NCBI GenBank assembly: GCA_050186295.1
Contig: JBFWYP010000001.1
Location: forward strand, 70,069 to 134,068
Reading direction: 5' to 3'
Source of the DNA: Thermoanaerobaculia bacterium
GTDB lineage: Bacteria > Acidobacteriota > Thermoanaerobaculia > Multivoradales > JAGPDF01
DNA length: 64,000 nucleotides
How positions within the stretch are numbered: the stretch's first letter is position 1; every line of letters starts with the position of its first letter. Positions 1 to 9,509 of the stretch are shown piece by piece. The notes under the pieces were generated by a model. The model was not told where the DNA came from, did no database searches, and was given only the letters and a program-made list of their open reading frames with translations. Both the position numbers and the translations under genes were made by a program.

Positions 1-2065
1 CCATCGCCGCCGCCACCGCAGCCGAATCTCCGGCCTGGGCCCGTTGCCCGCGACAGGCGCGCGCCAGAATCGCTTCGGCTTCCCTCGTGCGACCGACCCG
101 GAAGGCGAGGGTGCCGGTGTTCCCCAGCATGATGAGCGCGTCCAGCTCTTCGCCCCGCCCGAGGCGCTCGTGAATGGCGAGTGACTCGCGGTAGGCGGCC
201 AGCGCGTCGTCGTATCGCCCCGCCGCCGTCAGGGTGATGGCGAGCGAGTTGTACAGATTGGCGGTCTCGCGATGGTCGCGCCCGGAGAGCGCGATCCGCT
301 CCGGGATCGCCGCCTCGTACGTCGCGATCGAACCGGCGAGATCGCCCTGGGACCGCTGCAAGAGTCCGCGCACGAAACGACCCTCGAGCCGCGGCTCGCG
401 GTAACGCTCCGGATCGCGCGCCCAGATCTCGTCGGCCGCCGTGAGGAGCTCTGCGGCCCGCTCGGGGTTGCCGCGGGCGAGCTCGAGCTGGGCGAGCTTC
501 TGCCGAGCCACCCCGACGGCGCGCGGGTCCGCTTCCGCTCCCGCCTTGGCGAGAAAGCCCTCGAGCAGCGGAACCTGCCCTTCGACGTCCTGCAGCGCAC
601 CGTAGAGGTCGGCCAGTGTCTCGACCACATGTCCGCTGAGCACCGGATCGGCGGCATAGCTCTCGAGAACCCGCGCGGCGCTGCGATCGAGCAGTGCCTT
701 GGCGCTCAGCGGACCCTCCGCTGCACCGGGATCGGTCGCAGGTGCGAGGGAGTCGCGGAACAGGCCGACCAGGTGATAGCGCAGCGCCTCCTCGCGGTCG
801 GCGGCGAGACGCGCCGCATCGCGTTCCAGCGCCGCGCGTCGCGCCTGCCACGCGAAAGCGACGAGCCCTCCCGCCAGCGCCAGGATGAGCGCTACCGTTC
901 CCGCCACGGCAACGCGGTTCCGCTTCAGGAATCGGCCGAGAACATAGCCGCGGCCGGGTTCGCGGGCGGCCACGGGCTCTTCGCGCAGATGCCGATCGAG
1001 GTCGGCGGAGAGCGCCGCAGCCGACGCATAACGCTCGACCGGGTCGCGCCGAAGGCAGCAGGCCACGATCGCATCGAGATCGCCGACGAGATCGCGAGAC
1101 CGGACCGGTGGCGCCTCTCCCCGGCTCTCGCGCGCCGCCGCGACCCGGCTCGGTCGAGGCGGCGGCGCCTCGAGCAGGAGCTTGACGGCACCGGCGAGCG
1201 GCAGGTGGGCGCTGCGAAAGGGGCGTTCCCCGGTCAGCAGCTCGAAGAGCACCACGCCGAGGCCGTAGACGTCGGTCGCCGTCGTCACCGGTCCGCCGGT
1301 CAGCTGCTCGGGAGCGGCGTAGTCCGGCGTGAGCGGCGCGCGCGTTTCGTCCCCGACCCCCTCGCCCCTCGCACCGTCGAGCAGCTTGGCGATCCCGAAA
1401 TCGAGCAGTTTCACCCGCGACTCGGCGTCGACGAAGATGTTCCCCGGCTTCAGGTCACGATGGACGATCAGATTGCGATGGGCGTAGTCGACGACATCGC
1501 AGACCTGACGGAGAAGTCCGAGCCGCTCCACCGGACCGAGTCCGGCGCGGCGGGCGTACTCCGTGATCGGCAGACCGTCGACGAATTCGAGGACGGCGTA
1601 CGGCAACCCTTCCTCGGAGAGCCCGCCATCCAGAAGCCGGGCGATCCCCGGATGCTCGAGACGAGCGAGCAGCTGGCGCTCGGCATGGAACCGGTCGAGC
1701 TCCGCACCGGCATCCACCCGGAGCAGTTTGAGAGCCGCGCGCTGCGTGAAGCTGCCGTCGACCCGTTCGGCGGCGTACACCTCTCCGCTCCCGCCGCGAC
1801 CGAGAAGCGGCCCGACTCGCCACGGCCCGAGTCGACTGCCCGGCGCGAGACGCCCCGCGTCCGACGTCTCTCCTCCGGGCGACGGAGCGGGCCGATCGAG
1901 GGTCCCGTCCGGCACCGCGTGGGCGGCGAGCAGCGACTCGACTTCGCGCCGTACCTCCTCGTCGCTGTTCGTCCGCCGCCGCAGCCACTCGGCGCGACGC
2001 TCGATCGGCAACTCGAGTGCACCGGCGAACAGCTCTTCGATCCGACTCCACCGATCCTCGTCCAT
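1..2065 (-). CDS. Serine/threonine protein kinase with TM segment and C-terminal TPR repeats (C-terminus truncated by window start)
   Basis: The minus-strand frame starts with ATG (revcomp of cat at 2063-2065) and stays open to position 1. The translation carries the Hanks kinase motifs HRDLKPGN and DFGIAK...APE, a hydrophobic segment, and TPR-like repeats. It is missing from the ORF track only because it has no in-window stop. Confidence 0.85.
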   Translation of the reverse strand, partial: MDEDRWSRIEELFAGALELPIERRAEWLRRRTNSDEEVRREVESLLAAHAVPDGTLDRPAPSPGGETSDAGRLAPGSRLGPWRVGPLLGRGGSGEVYAAERVDGSFTQRAALKLLRVDAGAELDRFHAERQLLARLEHPGIARLLDGGLSEEGLPYAVLEFVDGLPITEYARRAGLGPVERLGLLRQVCDVVDYAHRNLIVHRDLKPGNIFVDAESRVKLLDFGIAKLLDGARGEGVGDETRAPLTPDYAAPEQLTGGPVTTATDVYGLGVVLFELLTGERPFRSAHLPLAGAVKLLLEAPPPRPSRVAAARESRGEAPPVRSRDLVGDLDAIVACCLRRDPVERYASAAALSADLDRHLREEPVAAREPGRGYVLGRFLKRNRVAVAGTVALILALAGGLVAFAWQARRAALERDAARLAADREEALRYHLVGLFRDSLAPATDPGAAEGPLSAKALLDRSAARVLESYAADPVLSGHVVETLADLYGALQDVEGQVPLLEGFLAKAGAEADPRAVGVARQKLAQLELARGNPERAAELLTAADEIWARDPERYREPRLEGRFVRGLLQRSQGDLAGSIATYEAAIPERIALSGRDHRETANLYNSLAITLTAAGRYDDALAAYRESLAIHERLGRGEELDALIMLGNTGTLAFRVGRTREAEAILARACRGQRAQAGDSAAVAAAM

Positions 2066-2194
2066 GGCTCGGTCTCCGGTTTCCGGCAGGCGAAGTATCC
2101 GCCAGATCCGGTCCTCCCGGACCCCGGCGACCTCCGATTCGGGATGCGACAAGATGGGCGCTGAGATCCGGAACTTCCGCCAGGAGAGTCGACC

Positions 2195-3208
2195 ATGCGC
2201 AGATCGTCCGCCGCACTGCCTGCCGCCGTCCTCGTCGCCTTCGTCGGCTCCTTTCAGCTCGCCCCGCGCGCCGACCGGGATCCGTTCGCCGCCACCTTCT
2301 CGATCGTCGGCTACGACGAGGCGACCGGCGACCTCGGCGTCGCCGTGCAGTCGAAGTTCCCCAACGTCCGCGCGGTCGTCCCCTGGGCGAAAGCCGGGGT
2401 CGGCGCCGTGGCGACGCAGAGCTTCGCCGAGCTCGACTACGGGATCCGGGGCCTCGAGCTCCTCGAGCGCGGCGCGACGGCGGCCGAGGCGCTCGAGATC
2501 GTCCAGCGCGGCGACCCGGATCGCGAACAGCGGCAGGTCGGCATCGTCGACGCGCACGGCAACGTTGCCACCTACACCGGCACGGAGTGCTTCCCCTGGG
2601 CCGGCGGACGGACCGGCAGGGGGTATTCGGTGCAGGGCAACATCCTCGTCGGCCAGGCGACCGTCGATGCCATGGCGGTCGCCTTCGAAGCGGCGCCGGG
2701 CGAGCTCGCCGAACGCCTCCTCGCGGCGCTCGTCGCCGGCGGCAAGGCCGGCGGCGACCGTCGTGGCGAGCAGAGCGCGGCGCTCCTCGTCGTCCGCCGC
2801 GGCGCCGGCTACGACGGCCAGGACAACTTCGTCGATCTCTCGGTCTACGACCATCCGACCCCGATCGCCGAGCTCGTCCGGCTCGAGAGGCTCAATCGCC
2901 TCCACTTCCGCGGCTCGAAGACGGAGAACCTGATTGCGGTGACACCGGAGATCGCCCGCGAGCTGCAGAACATCTGGGCGAAGCGCGGATTCTGGAGCGG
3001 ACCGGTCGACGGCCGGATCGATGCCGCGTTCCAGAAGACGCTCACCGACTTCATGGGCTGGGAGAACTACGACACGCGGATCGAACCGGTGCAGAGGATC
3101 GATCTCGCCCGGGGCGAGACGCTGGTCATCGACCGCGAGGTCCTCGACGACATCCGCCGGGTCTTCCGCACCGGGGCCTGGAAGATGCGCACTGCCGATC
3201 CGCGCTGA
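2195..3208 (+). CDS. DUF1028-family (Ntn-hydrolase-like) secreted protein with C-terminal peptidoglycan-binding-like domain
   Basis: 337 aa ORF with N-terminal signal-like hydrophobic stretch, the FSIVGYDEATGDLGVAVQSKF block typical of DUF1028, and a C-terminal PG_binding_1-like segment. Confidence 0.75.
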   Translation: MRRSSAALPAAVLVAFVGSFQLAPRADRDPFAATFSIVGYDEATGDLGVAVQSKFPNVRAVVPWAKAGVGAVATQSFAELDYGIRGLELLERGATAAEALEIVQRGDPDREQRQVGIVDAHGNVATYTGTECFPWAGGRTGRGYSVQGNILVGQATVDAMAVAFEAAPGELAERLLAALVAGGKAGGDRRGEQSAALLVVRRGAGYDGQDNFVDLSVYDHPTPIAELVRLERLNRLHFRGSKTENLIAVTPEIARELQNIWAKRGFWSGPVDGRIDAAFQKTLTDFMGWENYDTRIEPVQRIDLARGETLVIDREVLDDIRRVFRTGAWKMRTADPR

Positions 3209-3284
3209 CCGGAAACCGGGGACCTTGGCCGGGCAGGCGGCGCTCGCTCCCTTCGCATCCGGCTTTCTCGCCTATCCTTGCCGG

Positions 3285-4571
3285 GTGCGATGCCGTCGAA
3301 CCGGTAGCCTCTGCCTGGCCTTCTGGACAGCGATCCTGTTCGGGGGGTGTCATCCGCGACCGCACAGCGTGGCGACGACGCCGCCTCCGGCACCACTCCT
3401 GGTCGCCGTCTCGCTCGACGGCTTCCGCTGGGACTACCCGGAGCTCCACGGAGCACCAAACCTCCTGGCGCTCGCCGGCGAAGGTATCCGTGCCGCCTCG
3501 CTGGTGCCGCAGTTTCCGTCGAAGACCTATCCCAACCACTACTCGATCGTCACCGGACTCCGCCCCGAGCATCACGGCATCGTCGCCAACACGATGCAGG
3601 ATCCGCTCTTCGGCGCGCGGTTCTCGCTCGCCGATCGCGCGGCCGTCGAGGACGGGCGCTGGTGGGAAGGGGAGCCGATCTGGGTCACCGCGGAGCGGGC
3701 GGGGCTCCGCACGGCCTCGTCGTTCTGGCCCGGCAGCGAGGCCGAGATCGCCGGCGTCCGGCCGTCGCTCTGGAAACGCTACGACGATTCGGTAGCCGAC
3801 GAAGTGCGGGCCGACGAGGCGCTCTCCTGGCTCGACCTGCCCGCCGCGAAGCGGCCCCGGCTCCTGCTCTTCTACCTCGCCGAACCGGACCGCTCGGGAC
3901 ATCGCTTCGGCCCGCGTTCCGACGAGACGGCTGCCGCCGTGCACCATGCCGACGCCATCGTCGGCCGGCTCCGCGCCGGCGTCGAAGCCCGCGGACTCGG
4001 CCCGTCCACCGACTGGGTCGTCGTCTCCGACCACGGCATGGCCGCGGTCGATCCCGATCGGACGATCGTGCTCGAGGAGTGGATCGACCTCGCCGAGGTG
4101 GAGATGGTCGACCTCAACATCGTCGGTACGCTCCGGCCGCGGACCGGGACGGAGGACGATCTCGTGCGCCGGCTCTCCCGGGCGGGTCCGCACCTCCACG
4201 CCGCCCGCCGGGAGGATCTGCCTGCGCGATTCCACTACCGCGACCACCGCCGCATCCCGCCGGTCGTCGTCTGGGTCGATCCCGGCTGGACGCTCGTCGC
4301 CACTCGCGACGAGCGGGACCGGCGGCGCCAAGACCCTCAGCTCGGCGCCCACGGCTACGACCCGGCCGAGCCCGCCATGCACGGCATCTTCGTCGCCGCC
4401 GGCCCCTCCTTCCGGCGCGGCGTCGATCTGCCAGCGGTCGAGAACTTGGATCTCTACGACATCTTCTGTTGGGTCCTCTCGCTCCCGGCAGCGGCCAACG
4501 ACGGCAGCGTGGCGACCGCCCGCGCGATCCTGAAGCGAGCTGCTGCCAACCCGGACCTCCGGCACCGGTAA
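3285..4571 (+). CDS. Ectonucleotide pyrophosphatase/phosphodiesterase (NPP, alkaline-phosphatase superfamily) lipoprotein
   Basis: VSLDGFRWDY and KTYPNHYSIVTGLRPEHHGIV are NPP signatures. I trimmed the track ORF (3021) to an in-frame GTG at 3285 that gives a lipoprotein signal ending in lipobox LFGGC; this also removes the overlap with the upstream gene. Confidence 0.85.
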   Translation: MRCRRTGSLCLAFWTAILFGGCHPRPHSVATTPPPAPLLVAVSLDGFRWDYPELHGAPNLLALAGEGIRAASLVPQFPSKTYPNHYSIVTGLRPEHHGIVANTMQDPLFGARFSLADRAAVEDGRWWEGEPIWVTAERAGLRTASSFWPGSEAEIAGVRPSLWKRYDDSVADEVRADEALSWLDLPAAKRPRLLLFYLAEPDRSGHRFGPRSDETAAAVHHADAIVGRLRAGVEARGLGPSTDWVVVSDHGMAAVDPDRTIVLEEWIDLAEVEMVDLNIVGTLRPRTGTEDDLVRRLSRAGPHLHAARREDLPARFHYRDHRRIPPVVVWVDPGWTLVATRDERDRRRQDPQLGAHGYDPAEPAMHGIFVAAGPSFRRGVDLPAVENLDLYDIFCWVLSLPAAANDGSVATARAILKRAAANPDLRHR

Positions 4572-4811
4572 CTTTCCCCGCGATCGCGGATCCTCGGAGC
4601 GGTGTCGCTCGGCATCGCGGCACTCACCCGGGTCCGCTTCTTCGCCCTCTCGCGTCGCCTTCGCGTTCCGGGACTCTGGACGATGCCGCCGTAGAATGGG
4701 CCTCTGAACGCTGCCACGCTGCTCCGCCGTCTGACGGACACTCGCCTGGTCTACGGGCCCGGGGCGGCAACGCGCAAGCTCGCGCTGCTCGCCGCGCTGC
4801 GCGACGCTCGT

Positions 4812-6386
4812 TTGCCCGACGCGGAATCTCTCTTCGCCTTCCACGAGCATCTCCTCTTCCTGCGTGCCTATCCCGACGACCGGCGCGTCCTCGCGCGATC
4901 CGAACGGCTCCTGCGCGCATTCGCGCGACGCCCCGATCTGCTTCGTTTCAGGGACGAACTGATGGACAGCGGGATCGCCGGAACGACCACTCGCTATCCG
5001 TTCTTCTATCCGACGGCACGCTGGCTGGCGCAGCGCTTTCCGCGCCAGCTGACGATTGACTGGGACGACTTCTCCGCCGCGGACGAGCAAGGGGTGGGGC
5101 GACTCCTGATCGAAGTCCTGCCGCCGGACGAGTCTGCCCCTCTGCGCGCCGGTGCGACCTCGCCGAGCGCCTACCTCGCAGCCGCCTCTCCGAGTCGCAC
5201 GGCGGCCGTGGCGCTTCTCGAACGGGTCGCCGCCAGCGCCGGCGACGACTTCCTGCGGGAAACGCTGCACGACCGCGCGGCGCCCTGGTATCGCCTGCGG
5301 CCGGGCGGCGGCGTCCCGAGCCGCACAGTTGCGAGGGCGAGCGGGGCGCCGGCGATCTTTCGTACCTCACCGCCCCGGCGATCGCGCCCGGATCTCGCGG
5401 CCGAGCTTCTCGTACCACCGGTCCGAATCCGCGAGGTCCGCGGCGCGGCCGCCGTCGGACTCGTCACCCTGGCGCGCGAAGCGATGATCGTTCGCGCCCG
5501 GGATCTCGACTGTTTCGCCTATGCTGATCGACGAGACGTCCGTCGGATCGAGCTCGAAGACGGACTCGTGCTCGTTGCCTTCGGTTCCCTCCCCGAGCGG
5601 CGCCTCCTGCTCTCCAGCGCCTACGGACTGCTCTCCCTTCGCAACGGCGTGCCCGTCGGCTACACCCAGCTCGACGGGTTCCTGGGCACCGCGCTGGTCC
5701 ACTTCAACACCTTCGAGACCTTCCGCGGCGCCGACGCCGCCTGGGTGTTCGCGCGAACGCTGGCCGCGGCGCGGTCTCTCTTCGGGTGCAGCGCCTTCGC
5801 GATCGAGCCCTATCAGCTCGGGCACGGGAACGACGAAGCGCTCGATTCGGGAGCGTGGTGGTTCTACCGCAAGCTCGGCTTCGTGCCACGCGATCCATCC
5901 ACCCGCCGCCTGGCCCGCCGCGAAGAGCGCAGGATGGCGCAGCGTCCAAGCCATCACAGCTCCCGCGCCACCCTTGCCCGGCTCGCGCAACACCATCTCT
6001 ACTGGGAGCCGAGCGGAGAATCCGCTGTCCTTCCTCCGCACGCGGCGGCATCCCGTGCGATCAACCGGCAGATAGCTTCCCGTTCCGAAGAGATCGGGAG
6101 CGCCCGGCGACGGATCGCTGCCGAGGTCGGGGAGCTGCTCGGCGTTCTACCCACCAGCCGCATGTCGCCGGCGGAGCGCTACTGGCTCGCTCGCTGGGCA
6201 CCGTTTCTCCTCTCCCTCCCCGGGTTCCGCGCCTGGAGCCCGGGCGAGCGGCGCGCACTCGCCGCGATCCTGCGCACCAAGGCGGGACGACGGGAGTCGG
6301 ATCTGCCGGCCCTCGCGCGACGACATCCCCGCTTCCGTGACGCGCTCTGTTCGCTGGCGGCACGCGAGCCGGCGTCCGACTCGTAG
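4812..6386 (+). CDS. Hypothetical protein with a central GNAT-like core (WWFYRKLGF)
   Basis: 524 aa ORF of ordinary composition. The in-frame protein-like sequence continues upstream of the TTG at 4812 back to a stop near 4685 with no ATG or GTG, so the true start may be TTG or CTG. The central segment resembles a GNAT fold. Confidence 0.55.
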   Translation: MPDAESLFAFHEHLLFLRAYPDDRRVLARSERLLRAFARRPDLLRFRDELMDSGIAGTTTRYPFFYPTARWLAQRFPRQLTIDWDDFSAADEQGVGRLLIEVLPPDESAPLRAGATSPSAYLAAASPSRTAAVALLERVAASAGDDFLRETLHDRAAPWYRLRPGGGVPSRTVARASGAPAIFRTSPPRRSRPDLAAELLVPPVRIREVRGAAAVGLVTLAREAMIVRARDLDCFAYADRRDVRRIELEDGLVLVAFGSLPERRLLLSSAYGLLSLRNGVPVGYTQLDGFLGTALVHFNTFETFRGADAAWVFARTLAAARSLFGCSAFAIEPYQLGHGNDEALDSGAWWFYRKLGFVPRDPSTRRLARREERRMAQRPSHHSSRATLARLAQHHLYWEPSGESAVLPPHAAASRAINRQIASRSEEIGSARRRIAAEVGELLGVLPTSRMSPAERYWLARWAPFLLSLPGFRAWSPGERRALAAILRTKAGRRESDLPALARRHPRFRDALCSLAAREPASDS

Positions 6387-6395
6387 ACTCCCCGG

Positions 6396-7454
6396 ATGCT
6401 GATCTACGGAGCCAACGGCTACACCGGAGAGCTCGTGGTCGCCGAGGCGCTGCGCCGCGGAATGCGACCGATCCTTGCGGGACGGAACGCCGCGGCGCTC
6501 GAGCGGCTCGCGGAACGACATGGCCTGCCGTTCCGCGCGTTCTCCCTCGACGAGCCGCGCACCGTCGCCAGCGCCGTCCGGGGCGCCGGCGCCGTCCTCC
6601 ACTGCGCCGGCCCGTTCGTCCACACCAGCCGTGCGATGGTCGACGCCTGCCTCGCCACCGGTGTCCACTACCTCGACATCACCGGCGAGATCGCCGTCTT
6701 CGAAGCGATCCTCGCCCGCGGGAAGGAGGCGCGGAGCGCCGGCGTCGTGCTGCTGCCGGGGGTCGGCTTCGACGTCGTGCCGACCGACTGCCTGGCGTTG
6801 CGGCTCAAGGAGCGCCTCCCCGACGCCACTCACCTCGAGCTCGCCTTCGTCGCCGACGGCGGCCGGATGAGCCGCGGCACGCAGCGGACCCGCATCGCTT
6901 CGCTCCCGCTGGCCGGCGCCGAACGGGTGAACGGCGAGATCCGGCCGACCGGGCTCGCCGAACGGACCCGGGAGATCGATCTTCCTGCCGGTCGCCGCCT
7001 GGTCGTGTCGATCCCCTGGGGCGACGTCGCAACCGCCTTTCACACCACCGGGATTCCCAACGTGCGGGTCTCGACAGGGATCCCGCCGCGCGCCCTCGCC
7101 CGCATGCGCCGCTGGCGGTTCCTGCTGCCGCTGACGAAGCTCGGCGCCGTTCGCCGGATGCTCCTGCGCCGGGTCGACCGCCAGCCCCCCGGACCGGACG
7201 AAGAGACACGCCGCACTGCGCGGATCCAGATCTGGGGAGAGGCCCGGAACGCCTCCGGCCGCTTCGTCCGTTCGACGTTCTCGATGCCGGAGGGGTACAC
7301 GTTCACCGCCCTGTCGGCGGTCGAGGCGCTCTCTCGGGTGGTCGCGGGGGAGGTCGCACCCGGCGCCTGGACCCCTGCCCGGGCCTTCGGCGCCCGCTTC
7401 GTCTTCGGCTGCGACGGGGTCGATCCGGCGGTCGACGACGACGGCTCGGTCTAG
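6396..7454 (+). CDS. Saccharopine dehydrogenase-like NAD(P)-binding oxidoreductase
   Basis: N-terminal Rossmann motif MLIYGANGYTGELV and overall resemblance to saccharopine dehydrogenase NADP-binding family proteins. Confidence 0.8.
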   Translation: MLIYGANGYTGELVVAEALRRGMRPILAGRNAAALERLAERHGLPFRAFSLDEPRTVASAVRGAGAVLHCAGPFVHTSRAMVDACLATGVHYLDITGEIAVFEAILARGKEARSAGVVLLPGVGFDVVPTDCLALRLKERLPDATHLELAFVADGGRMSRGTQRTRIASLPLAGAERVNGEIRPTGLAERTREIDLPAGRRLVVSIPWGDVATAFHTTGIPNVRVSTGIPPRALARMRRWRFLLPLTKLGAVRRMLLRRVDRQPPGPDEETRRTARIQIWGEARNASGRFVRSTFSMPEGYTFTALSAVEALSRVVAGEVAPGAWTPARAFGARFVFGCDGVDPAVDDDGSV

Positions 7455-7463
7455 AATGAGGCC

Positions 7464-8684
7464 GTGACGACGCCGCAACTCTCCGCCCGAGGCCGTGCGA
7501 TGCCGGCCTCTCCGATCCGCAAGCTGATGCCCCTGGCCGAAGAGGCCAAGAGGCGCGGCGTGCGCGTCCTGCACCTGAACATCGGCCAGCCCGATCTCGA
7601 GACGCCGGCGGTGATGCGCGACCGCCTCCGACGGGTCGAATCGACGATCGCCTATTCGCCTTCGGTCGGCACTCCGGAGTACCTCGACTCCCTGATCGAG
7701 TACTACCGACGGCTCGGCATCCCTCTCGCGAGCTCCGAGCTCGTCGCCACGACCGGCGGCAGCGAGGCGCTCCTCTTCGCCTTCTTCGCCGCCGCTTCGG
7801 TGGGCGACGAAGCGCTCACGGTGGAGCCGTACTACACGAACTACAACTCGTTCGCGACGATGGCCGGCGTCGAGTTGGTGACGGTGCCGACCTCGGGCGA
7901 AGACGGATTCCATCTGCCGTCGCGGGACGCCTGGGAACGTGCGCTGACACCCCGCACCCGGCTCGTGCTGCTCTGCAATCCGAACAATCCCACCGGCACC
8001 GTCTACAGCGAAGGCGAAGTCCGGGCGGTCGCCGAGTTCTGCCGCGATCACGGCCTCTTCTTCGTCGCCGACGAGGTCTACCGCGAGTTCGTCTACGACG
8101 GCGGCCGCGCGATCTCGGCCCTCGAGCTCGCCGGTTTCGAAGACCAGGTCATCGTGGTCGATTCGCTCTCCAAGCGCTACAGCGCCTGCGGCATTCGCCT
8201 CGGATCGTTCGCGACCCGCAATCGCGAGGTCCATCAGGCGGCTGTCCGCATGGCGCAGGGGCGCCTCTCCCCGCCCGGGCTCGCTCAGCTCGTCGCCACC
8301 GGCGCGGTCGAGCTCGGCCGGGAGTACTTCGACTCCATCGTCACCGAGTACCAGGGTCGGCGCGACCTCCTGTTCGAGGGGTTGACCGGGATTCCGGGCG
8401 TCTTCCTGCGCAAGCCCGAAGGCGCCTTCTACTTCGTCGCCCGCCTGCCGGTCGACGACAGCGAGGAGTTCGCCCGCTTCCTGCTCTCCGAGTTCTCGCA
8501 CGAAGGCGCGACGGTCATGGTCGCGCCGGCCGCCGGCTTCTACCGCACTCCGGGCCGCGGTCGCGACGAGGTCCGCATCGCCTACGTGCTCAACAAGGAG
8601 GATCTGGCGCTTGCCGTCCGGGTCTTCGCTGCCGGTCTCACGGCGTTCGCCGAGCGCTCGACGGCAGGCTCCGGGGTCGCCTGA
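7464..8684 (+). CDS. PLP-dependent aminotransferase, class I/II (aspartate aminotransferase-like)
   Basis: 406 aa. Contains the NPNNPTG block and the PLP-lysine region SLSKRYSACGIRLG typical of class I aminotransferases. Confidence 0.9.
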   Translation: MTTPQLSARGRAMPASPIRKLMPLAEEAKRRGVRVLHLNIGQPDLETPAVMRDRLRRVESTIAYSPSVGTPEYLDSLIEYYRRLGIPLASSELVATTGGSEALLFAFFAAASVGDEALTVEPYYTNYNSFATMAGVELVTVPTSGEDGFHLPSRDAWERALTPRTRLVLLCNPNNPTGTVYSEGEVRAVAEFCRDHGLFFVADEVYREFVYDGGRAISALELAGFEDQVIVVDSLSKRYSACGIRLGSFATRNREVHQAAVRMAQGRLSPPGLAQLVATGAVELGREYFDSIVTEYQGRRDLLFEGLTGIPGVFLRKPEGAFYFVARLPVDDSEEFARFLLSEFSHEGATVMVAPAAGFYRTPGRGRDEVRIAYVLNKEDLALAVRVFAAGLTAFAERSTAGSGVA

Positions 8685-8734
8685 TCCCGCAATCCCATCC
8701 CGCCCTCGGGCGGATTTCCACAAGGAGGCACCTC

Positions 8735-9346
8735 ATGCAACACCGAAGCTCCCGTCTCGTCGTCCTCTCCGCAGCGATCGTCGCGCTCTGCGCGTCGACC
8801 GTCTCGGTCGCCCAGGATCTGCATCCGTCGCGCCGACCGAGTCCGCTCGGCTCCGCCAGCACGCACATCGGCGACGCCTACGTGCGGATCGTCTTCAGTC
8901 AGCCGTACAAGCGGGATCGCGACAACATCTTCGGCACGAAGGAGAGCGGTGCACTCGTACCTTACGGCGAGCGCTGGCGCACCGGTGCCAACGAGGCCAC
9001 GGAGATCACCTTCAACAAGGCGCTGATGATCGGCGGCAAGAAGCTGCCCGCGGGGATCTACTCGGTCACCACCACACCCGGCGCCGACAGCTGGACCGTC
9101 CACTTCAACAGCGAGCTCGGCCTGGACGGACTCGGCCACTTCGATCGCGCAGCGGGCAAGTTCACTCCGGTCGACCTCGCGAAGAGCGACGTGCTCGTCG
9201 TGACCGCGAAGCCCACCGTCATCCCCGCCGACCAGGACGAGGTCGACCAGTTCAAGATCACGTTCGAGAAGAACGGTTCCGGACAGGACCTCGTGATGCG
9301 CTGGATCCGCACCGAAGTGCGTGTCCCGATTTCGGCAGCGATGTAA
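8735..9346 (+). CDS. DUF2911-family secreted protein
   Basis: Signal peptide followed by PYGERWRTGANEATE and the overall DUF2911 pattern; 203 aa. Confidence 0.75.
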   Translation: MQHRSSRLVVLSAAIVALCASTVSVAQDLHPSRRPSPLGSASTHIGDAYVRIVFSQPYKRDRDNIFGTKESGALVPYGERWRTGANEATEITFNKALMIGGKKLPAGIYSVTTTPGADSWTVHFNSELGLDGLGHFDRAAGKFTPVDLAKSDVLVVTAKPTVIPADQDEVDQFKITFEKNGSGQDLVMRWIRTEVRVPISAAM

Positions 9347-9455
9347 AAGTTCGACCGTGGGAGCGTCGCGCGGGTAACTTCCCGCCCGGCGCTCCGTATC
9401 AGGAGAGGAAGGCGGGAGACTTCGAAACTCTCTCTCCTCCACTCTCCTTGGGAAG

Positions 9456-9487
9456 GGGCGCCGAGCGCATCGGCGCCCCCTTTTTCG
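9456..9487 (+). terminator. Rho-independent terminator (GGGGCGCCGA-gcgca-TCGGCGCCCC followed by TTTTT)
   Basis: Perfect 10 bp GC stem with a 5 nt loop followed by a T-tract, about 110 bp downstream of the first DUF2911 gene. Confidence 0.75.
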
Positions 9488-9509
9488 TTCGGGGGTAGAC
9501 TCTCCCCGC

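Noticed and set aside
272-2164. 630 aa plus-strand ORF, and similar long Arg/Pro/Gly-rich ORFs elsewhere (3126..5270 -, 6147..8723 -, 23708..26818 +, 36397..38319 -, 38156..40720 -, 42685..44190 +, 46305..49058 +, 56883..58349 -)
   Set aside because: Their low-complexity Arg/Ala/Gly/Pro-rich composition is typical of antisense or off-frame translation of about 70% GC DNA. Each lies opposite or out of frame with a gene carrying clear family motifs (the kinase, Mfd, dcw genes, PntB, the BNR protein, and others).
3021-3284. Track start of the NPP gene at 3021, overlapping the DUF1028 gene by 188 nt
   Set aside because: The in-frame GTG at 3285 yields a textbook lipoprotein signal (lipobox LFGGC) and removes the overlap. 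The upstream segment is Arg/Ser-rich.
9380-9450. GGAGAGGAAGG ... CTCTCTCCTCC imperfect inverted repeat upstream of the 9456 terminator
   Set aside because: The arms are not true reverse complements (mismatched register). It is likely a fortuitous purine/pyrimidine tract.
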